Shown here piece after piece: positions 15,412 through 20,969 of a DNA stretch of 20,969 bases. This stretch comes from Oligoflexales bacterium (GTDB taxonomy: Bacteria; Bdellovibrionota_B; Oligoflexia; Oligoflexales; RGVZ01): NCBI GenBank assembly GCA_044236265.1, contig JBIIGV010000046.1:1-20969 (forward strand), given 5' to 3'. Every line of letters starts with the position of its first letter. The first letter of the stretch is position 1. The notes under the pieces were generated by a model. The model was given only the letters and a program-made list of their open reading frames with translations. It made no database searches and was not told the origin of the DNA. A program made the translations under genes and the position numbers.

Positions 15412-17586
15412 ATGATCAAAAAGGCATTTTGCTTGTCATATACGAGACAACAAATACAGAAGCAAATCCATCATTCAGCAGCCCGATGGATATTGGCGGG
15501 TTTAGCCACCATCACGGCTTGGCTGATCATAAGTTCGTCGATTAGTCGAAGATCAGGACTTGGACTCGATCTAACGACCGTTTCGACAAATGTCATTTAT
15601 AGCCTTGAAGATTCTACCCACCGTTTCGATTTTTTTGACTCTAGCGAGAGTAAAGATTGGTGCCCTGGACCACAATGCCCACTAAACCAAGGACGCACAG
15701 AGTTACTCCTTCGCAATGAAAGAAAGATAACGGGCAATATCAATACAATGATCGCGCCCAAGGGATGGCGTCGCACGATGTACATCGCATGGGACGTCAA
15801 AGTTCCAACTTTCGTGAAACAATCAAAAGACCCTATTGCATTCGACTTTTATGGAATTAGTGGCAAATCTTGGAAGTTCTTTGTAAACGGCAAGCTGGTA
15901 AGCGACGGCGTCGGAGCCTCCCAGTTGCCACCGATAATTTTCGAGGCCCCTGATATCGCAAACGAACCGATGACCATTGGATTTGAAATTGATGTTGGAC
16001 GATCTTTTGCGCCAGGAGTGATTCATATTGCTCAGGTCTTCATGAGTCAGCCAGAAACCGCAAATAAGTTTCGCTTAGCATACAGAGGCCTTGATCACGC
16101 TGCGATCCTACCGACAGCCACGGGGTTTGCTTTAATCGCCATGCTTGCTGGTCTTGGCTGCTTTTTTACACCATTTTTTAAAGAAATTCTGGTGTTTTCA
16201 GTTTATGTCTCTCTCTTCAATTGGCGCCTACTGATCGTAAATGATATGGCGACTTTCCCATCTTTTCTAAGAGTCGACTTTGTGACGATGGATGCGATTC
16301 TTCGCTCTGCACTCTTCGCAAGTATGTGGGCGTTCTGGGGGCTGTATTTCCGCATCAAGTCAGGACTCAAATGGCTGCCAGTCGCAATCTATAGCTCTCT
16401 CGCCATTTGTTTTTGGTTCATTGGCCGCACCGGCGTCGGACTGGAGTCTTTGGTTTACTATATGAAAACCATCGACATCCATCAGACCGCAATATATGCC
16501 GGAGCGACAATTTTCGCGTTTAAGACATGGCGATCAGCGCAAAATTTTTCATGGGCAAAATTTCGATCTTATTCATCTCTGCTGCTGATGATCTTCAGCG
16601 CGATGATTTGCATTAGCTTCCTTCTAAAATCAATCATCAATTTTGGCGGTATCACATGGGACTCTTTCAGAGTCTATGAACCGCTATACTTTTTTGCCAA
16701 CTACTCAGTCCGAGCGTTTGTTTTAGGACTAGGACTATTAATCGCAATGGAGTGGGCCCTAATCGTACGCGATCGCCAAAAGGTCCTACAAAGATTTGGC
16801 ACAATCGTCGATCCCCGCCTGATCACTGAGATTATACGCGGCAATAACAAATCATCGCGCAAAGTTGAAAATGTCATCGCACTTTTTGTCGATTTGCGCT
16901 CATTTACAAAAATTTGCGATATCTACGAAGCAGATGTCGTAACAAAAGCGCTAAACGACTACCTCAGCATTGTCACGGACGCGGTCCAGTCCCACGACGG
17001 CGTGGTTGATAAATTTGTCGGTGACGCAGTCATGGCAACCTGGGGGGTTCCATCCGCTGAGGCGTCCGATTCCATCAATGCCCTTAGAGCAGCGCTGAGC
17101 ATCCGCATTGCCATGAACAATCTCAATAAAAAACGCGCAGACGCCGGAGAGTTTCCTCTGCAAATAGGCATGGGAATTCATCGGGGGGAAGCTATCTTCG
17201 GAGCTATAGGAAACGGAGCACGGGTTGATCACACTATTATTGGAGCTACCGTAAATATTGCCTCGCGCATTCAGGATTTAAGTAAGAAATTTTCCTGCGA
17301 TATCCTTGTCTCACGCCAGTTTTACGAAAGCGTTTCTCAACAATGTCTCGCTGACCAATTGGGCATGGTGGAGTTACGGGGCATCTCAAGCCCGATTGAG
17401 ATTTTGAAGGTCATTGGCGTTTCTACGGATGGAACAAGCGATGTCATCATTGGGGACAAAATCCTGGAGAACGCAGTCGCGACAAGAAAACCTGGATTGA
17501 TCAGTAACACCCCTCCAAACTTACTTGTTTTCGAGCACCGCCATCAGAACCCAGAAAAACCCGACACTGATCACAAGGCCGCATAA
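15412..17586 (+). CDS. Membrane-bound class III adenylate/guanylate cyclase with extracytoplasmic beta-rich domain and about 7 TM helices (7TM-DISM-like)
   Basis: N-terminal TM, periplasmic domain (WKFFVNGKLV), about 7 hydrophobic segments, cyclase motifs LFVDLRSFT, VDKFVGDAVMATWG, IGMGIHRG, DHTIIGATVNIASRIQ. Lys and Thr specificity residues suggest ATP as substrate. ATG 15412 preferred over TTG 15331, but uncertain. Confidence 0.88.
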   Translation: MIKKAFCLSYTRQQIQKQIHHSAARWILAGLATITAWLIISSSISRRSGLGLDLTTVSTNVIYSLEDSTHRFDFFDSSESKDWCPGPQCPLNQGRTELLLRNERKITGNINTMIAPKGWRRTMYIAWDVKVPTFVKQSKDPIAFDFYGISGKSWKFFVNGKLVSDGVGASQLPPIIFEAPDIANEPMTIGFEIDVGRSFAPGVIHIAQVFMSQPETANKFRLAYRGLDHAAILPTATGFALIAMLAGLGCFFTPFFKEILVFSVYVSLFNWRLLIVNDMATFPSFLRVDFVTMDAILRSALFASMWAFWGLYFRIKSGLKWLPVAIYSSLAICFWFIGRTGVGLESLVYYMKTIDIHQTAIYAGATIFAFKTWRSAQNFSWAKFRSYSSLLLMIFSAMICISFLLKSIINFGGITWDSFRVYEPLYFFANYSVRAFVLGLGLLIAMEWALIVRDRQKVLQRFGTIVDPRLITEIIRGNNKSSRKVENVIALFVDLRSFTKICDIYEADVVTKALNDYLSIVTDAVQSHDGVVDKFVGDAVMATWGVPSAEASDSINALRAALSIRIAMNNLNKKRADAGEFPLQIGMGIHRGEAIFGAIGNGARVDHTIIGATVNIASRIQDLSKKFSCDILVSRQFYESVSQQCLADQLGMVELRGISSPIEILKVIGVSTDGTSDVIIGDKILENAVATRKPGLISNTPPNLLVFEHRHQNPEKPDTDHKAA

Positions 17587-17614
17587 AAAAAGCCGGGAAG
17601 TGCTTCCCGGCTTT
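17585..17614. terminator. Terminator between the convergent cyclase gene and tsf (stronger for tsf)
   Basis: AAAGCCGGGAA-GTGC-TTCCCGGCTTT stem; the A7 run on the plus side reads as a T-run after the stem on the minus strand. Confidence 0.85.
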
Positions 17615-17635
17615 AATCAAAAGGTTCTTAACCAA

Positions 17636-18535
17636 TCAGCGATTCAATTGAGCCGCAACTTCAGCAGCAAAATTTTCCTGCTTCTTCTCAATTCCCTCGC
17701 CGAGCGCATAACGAACAAAACGGCTGATTTTCAGGTTCTTGTCCGCAGCTTCTAACAGCTTCGTAATCGAAATGTCAGGATTCTTGACGAACGATTGCTC
17801 TACAAGGCAGACTTCTTTATAAAACTTGTTCATTTGACCATCGAGGATCTTCTCGATCATTGCTTCAGGCTTTTTCTCTTCAATCAGCTTCTTGCGAGCA
17901 ATGTCTTTCTCCTGATCAAGCTCAGACTTGTCAACATCTTGACGAACCAAGTAACGAGGGGACGCGGCAGCAATGTGCATAGCGATGTCTTTGCCGAGCT
18001 CAGCAACATCCTTTTTGCCTTCAAGGACAACCAATGTGCCGATACGTCCGCCCATGTGAATGTAGCTTGAGATATGGCCGTTAGGAGCAGAGACAGTTAG
18101 AACGCGACGCAGGCGCATGTTCTCACCAATTTTCTGAATCAAACCAGTGATTGTGTCCTTGATGGAAACACCTGACGCGAGTTTCATGTCTGCAAGCTTT
18201 TCGATATCGTTGCAATTATTTTTCAGTGCAAGTTCCGCAGCATCACGAACCAACTGTCTGAACTCTTCATTCTTGGCAACGAAGTCCGTTTCACAGTTGA
18301 CCTCAAGAACAGCAGCAGCGTTTCCCGCAGCATTCACAACAACTTCAACAACGCCCTCGGCAGCGACACGGTCGGCCTTCTTAGCAGCGCGACTCATTCC
18401 ACGCTCACGCAACCATACGATTGCTTTCTCCATATCTCCGCCGTTTTCTTCTAGAGCCTTCTTGCACTCCATCATGCCAACGCCAGTTTTTTCGCGAAGA
18501 TCCTTAACTTGTCCAGCTGAAATTTGAACAGCCAT
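17636..18535 (-). CDS. tsf: Translation elongation factor Ts
   Basis: VKDLREKTGVGMMECKKAL, EVNCETDFVA, DIAMHIAA, EVCLVEQSFVK, RFVRYALGEGIEK; downstream of rpsB. Confidence 0.98.
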   Translation of the reverse strand: MAVQISAGQVKDLREKTGVGMMECKKALEENGGDMEKAIVWLRERGMSRAAKKADRVAAEGVVEVVVNAAGNAAAVLEVNCETDFVAKNEEFRQLVRDAAELALKNNCNDIEKLADMKLASGVSIKDTITGLIQKIGENMRLRRVLTVSAPNGHISSYIHMGGRIGTLVVLEGKKDVAELGKDIAMHIAAASPRYLVRQDVDKSELDQEKDIARKKLIEEKKPEAMIEKILDGQMNKFYKEVCLVEQSFVKNPDISITKLLEAADKNLKISRFVRYALGEGIEKKQENFAAEVAAQLNR

Positions 18536-18547
18536 TTTCTAACTCCT

Positions 18548-18566
18548 GGGCAGGTCAAACCTGCCC
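18548..18566 (-). promoter_or_regulatory. Stem-loop in the rpsB-tsf spacer abutting the tsf SD
   Basis: Minus-strand GGGCAGGT-TTG-ACCTGCCC immediately followed by AGGAG. Confidence 0.55.
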
Positions 18567-18618
18567 TTAGTATAAATTTATAAGTGATGTTGATTATGCA
18601 AATACGAATTCGACAAAA

Positions 18619-19422
18619 TTATTTATCGAAAGACTTCTTCTTGGAAACGGAAACAGAGTTTCCTTCACCGTCAAAGAATTTTCCGGTCTTAGCCGCAGCT
18701 TCAACCATCTTGTCATCCATATCGCCTTTGTCGCGAGACTTGCTCTTACCTTGAACACAAGCATCAGCCACTGTGGAGATGAACAACTGAAGGGACTTCA
18801 TGCTGTCGTCGTTACCTGGGATGATGTAATCAATGCCATCTGGATTCGCGTTTGTATCAGCAACCGCAACAACTGGAATTCCCAAACGTGCTGCTTCTTC
18901 AAGGGCAATCGTTTCCTTGTGGGCGTCAACAACGAAGATAGCGCGTGGTAGACCTGGCATGTCCTTGATGCCGCCAAGGTTACGCTCAAGTTTTTCACGC
19001 TCACGTTCAAACATGAGAACTTCTTTCTTAGGAAGCTTGTCGTAGGTGCCGTCTTGGCTCATTTTTTCAATGCGCTTTAGGCGGTGAATGGACTGACGAA
19101 TGGTGCTGAAGTTAGTCAGCGTTCCACCCAACCAACGGTGGTTGATGTAGTACATGCCTGCGCGCTTAGCTTCAGTTGCAACAAGATCACGAGCCATTCG
19201 CTTTGTTCCAACGAACAAAACGTGTCCACCGCGACCCGTTGTGCTTTCAACGAAGTTACACGCTGTCTGAAACAACTTGACCGTCTTTTGAAGGTCGATG
19301 ATGTGAATGCCGTTACGAGCACCAAAGATGTAAGGCTTCATCTTAGGATTCCAGCGCTTTGCCTGGTGACCGTAGTGTACGCCTGCTTCAAGCAGGTCTT
19401 TCATGTTGACTGTAACTGCCAT
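18619..19422 (-). CDS. rpsB: 30S ribosomal protein S2
   Basis: [64 protein letters not shown]. Confidence 0.99.
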   Translation of the reverse strand: MAVTVNMKDLLEAGVHYGHQAKRWNPKMKPYIFGARNGIHIIDLQKTVKLFQTACNFVESTTGRGGHVLFVGTKRMARDLVATEAKRAGMYYINHRWLGGTLTNFSTIRQSIHRLKRIEKMSQDGTYDKLPKKEVLMFEREREKLERNLGGIKDMPGLPRAIFVVDAHKETIALEEAARLGIPVVAVADTNANPDGIDYIIPGNDDSMKSLQLFISTVADACVQGKSKSRDKGDMDDKMVEAAAKTGKFFDGEGNSVSVSKKKSFDK

Positions 19423-19588
19423 TTCTTACTCCTTGCGAAGGTTGACCTTCAGTCACCCACTCAGCGACTCACCATTGAGCGCCACCTTCATTGCATGCAA
19501 TTTGACTTATCATCAACTTGCGAGTGACTTGCTTTTTTGGGCACGCAGGTCGACCATCGACCACGCAGCCCTTCTCTTACGAGAGCCG
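19423..19588 (-). promoter_or_regulatory. Structured rpsB 5' leader (probable S2 autoregulatory element)
   Basis: About 165-nt leader with TCTC-GTAA-GAGA, GGTCGA-TGG-TCGACC, a 10-bp long-range helix (19451-19460 with 19520-19529, two G-U pairs) and GAAGG-TCAA-CCTTC before the SD. Leader-mediated rpsB autoregulation is established in other bacteria. Confidence 0.55.
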
Positions 19589-19591
19589 TGG

Positions 19592-19620
19592 AAGATAGCC
19601 GTTTCGGCCTTGAATGACAA
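19592..19620 (-). promoter_or_regulatory. Sigma-70 promoter of rpsB-tsf
   Basis: Minus-strand TTGTCA (19615-19620), 17-nt spacer, TATCTT (19592-19597). Confidence 0.65.
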
Positions 19621-19645
19621 GGGATTTCTGGGATTTTGCGAGCGT

Positions 19646-20968
19646 CTACTTTACATCCTGAACAAGCAGCTGAACGGCACCGGATGCCGGATCTTTACGC
19701 ACAGTTCCGGAAATCGTCGCAACACCTGACTTAGCGGCAAAGGCTGCACCGAAGGCTTCCTTAAAAAATACCGCTGTGACGGAACCTTGCGGACCGGTCA
19801 TTGGAATTTTGCACTTGCCTTCACAGGCAGAGACCTGCGCTGCATTGAATCGATAATTCTGCAAGGTAACCGTGGCACCATCCGTAAAACCAGAGGACGA
19901 TCCACTCCCTTTCGTCCCCGAAATTGCAGGAGAATTTGACTGAGTTGCTTGAACCGCAGGCCCTGGGACCGTAGATACCCCACCGCGAGAGGTTGCAGGA
20001 GGAAGGGGGGAGATACTGACTCGTCCAGCCCCTCCGTTCGGGGACGACTGATAATTTGATCGTCGCGTAGGATACACTTTAACTCTGTTACGAGGGACTT
20101 GTGCCTGACGTGTATTGGTTTTCTTGGAGGTTGTCGGCATTAGATTCTGTGGTTTTTTTTCAATAATTTTATTTGTCTGCGGACCGCTGCTTTGGACTCC
20201 CCCCGACGCGGCCTCAGGCGGATTTGCCTCCGGGCTTGTGGACTCAGTTTGCACGGCAATACCAGGATCACTACTGGTGTCATCTAAAAGCGGGCCATTA
20301 AGTGTCAGAGACGTACTAAAGAAAAAAGCGGTGGTAACAATAATAGCAGCCATAACCACAGCTAGAGCAAGCCACCGCGATGCAGCACTCTTCGCCTTGA
20401 CTACAAGCATGGCCTGTCTCAGCACAGTTGAACGGCTTGGAGCATTTTTCTCGTAAAACTGGACGAACTGAGCAATTGCAATTCGCTTGGGATTTCCAAG
20501 GCGCTGTATGCTTGCTGAGGCGGGAATTTGTCTTTTATGCCAGAGATTTAAAATCTCTCTCGAACTGTGTGGACCCAATGATTCTTGAGGAGAGCGCCAG
20601 ATAACGTACCGCTTCGTATGTATATTTGGAGTTTCGTGCTTGCCGCCAGCCGCTGCCGATGGAAGACTCACAGCCACGGGACGATTCAAAGCCTCTTTTG
20701 AGGCCAACGCCTCGTAAACCCGAGGACGCTCTGGCGACGCTCGCTTCGCTGCTCCGATGTCGGCGATACGAGCTGTGATGTGGCTCTCTAACGATTGTGA
20801 ATCATCAGCCGGGTTAGAGGCGGTTTTCCCTGCCTCCTCGCCCCATGTTTGACCGTCCTTAACAATTTTTAGCAGAGGATCTTTAGCTGATTGCGGAGAT
20901 TGTGGAGTGACATCAGAAGACGAGACTTTGCGGTCATCGTCATGATCATTAATCAATGCCGCTGGTTG
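19646..20968 (-). CDS. Single-pass membrane protein with a degenerate GYF_2-like domain (probably 5'-truncated by the window edge)
   Basis: Frame stays open past TTG 20956 to the edge; YVIWRSPQESLGPHSSREILNLWHKRQI resembles GYF_2; TM segment WLALAVVMAAIIVTTAFFF; P/S/T/G-rich linker; about 80-aa C-terminal beta-rich domain with CxxxC. Confidence 0.65.
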   Translation of the reverse strand, partial: QPAALINDHDDDRKVSSSDVTPQSPQSAKDPLLKIVKDGQTWGEEAGKTASNPADDSQSLESHITARIADIGAAKRASPERPRVYEALASKEALNRPVAVSLPSAAAGGKHETPNIHTKRYVIWRSPQESLGPHSSREILNLWHKRQIPASASIQRLGNPKRIAIAQFVQFYEKNAPSRSTVLRQAMLVVKAKSAASRWLALAVVMAAIIVTTAFFFSTSLTLNGPLLDDTSSDPGIAVQTESTSPEANPPEAASGGVQSSGPQTNKIIEKKPQNLMPTTSKKTNTRQAQVPRNRVKVYPTRRSNYQSSPNGGAGRVSISPLPPATSRGGVSTVPGPAVQATQSNSPAISGTKGSGSSSGFTDGATVTLQNYRFNAAQVSACEGKCKIPMTGPQGSVTAVFFKEAFGAAFAAKSGVATISGTVRKDPASGAVQLLVQDVK

Positions 20969-20969
20969 C

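Noticed and set aside
13757..17635. Mobile element or anti-phage (Pycsar/CBASS-like) reading of the cyclase+protease insert
   Set aside because: No integrase, transposase or target duplication seen; the cyclase is a membrane receptor type with ATP-specifying residues and the protease is exported, unlike cytoplasmic defence effectors.
19534..19571. Hairpin with adjacent T6 run as an rpsB attenuator/terminator
   Set aside because: The T-run is on the wrong side: on the rpsB transcript the hairpin is followed by A6, and on the plus strand the Ts precede the stem.
17795..19729. Plus-strand ORFs over tsf and rpsB (17795-18070, 18147-18527, 18751-18951, 18833-19045, 19084-19527, 19403-19729)
   Set aside because: Antisense shadows typical of highly expressed, codon-biased genes.

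Overview
Chromosomal window with no mobile elements, most consistent with a predatory or gliding Bdellovibrionota (possibly Oligoflexia-like) bacterium; the taxon is inferred from gene content only. Left to right: the 3' end of a Glt/Agl gliding-type operon (AgmU/GltD-like TPR protein, AglT/GltE-like TPR lipoprotein, CglF/GltF-like protein, putative outer-membrane beta-barrel); a minus-strand matrixin-like lipoprotein followed by an OmpR-type regulator with a degenerate receiver, the two separated by a nested hairpin; a tightly packed minus-strand GT4 / WcaJ-like / hppD / Rieske ferredoxin run, divergent from a sigma-54 activator with no sensory domain; a secreted M4/M36 metalloprotease; the rpsB-tsf and pyrH-frr genes, split by an opposite-strand pair encoding a trypsin-like lipoprotein and a multi-TM class III adenylate cyclase; and a 5'-truncated membrane protein with a GYF_2-like domain. 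I saw no rRNA, tRNA, CRISPR array, transposase or integrase. The best candidates for undescribed biology are the protease+cyclase pair, the GT4-WcaJ-HppD-Rieske operon and the terminator/anti-SD element at 4293-4348. All family calls come from motifs recognised by eye; no searches were run.
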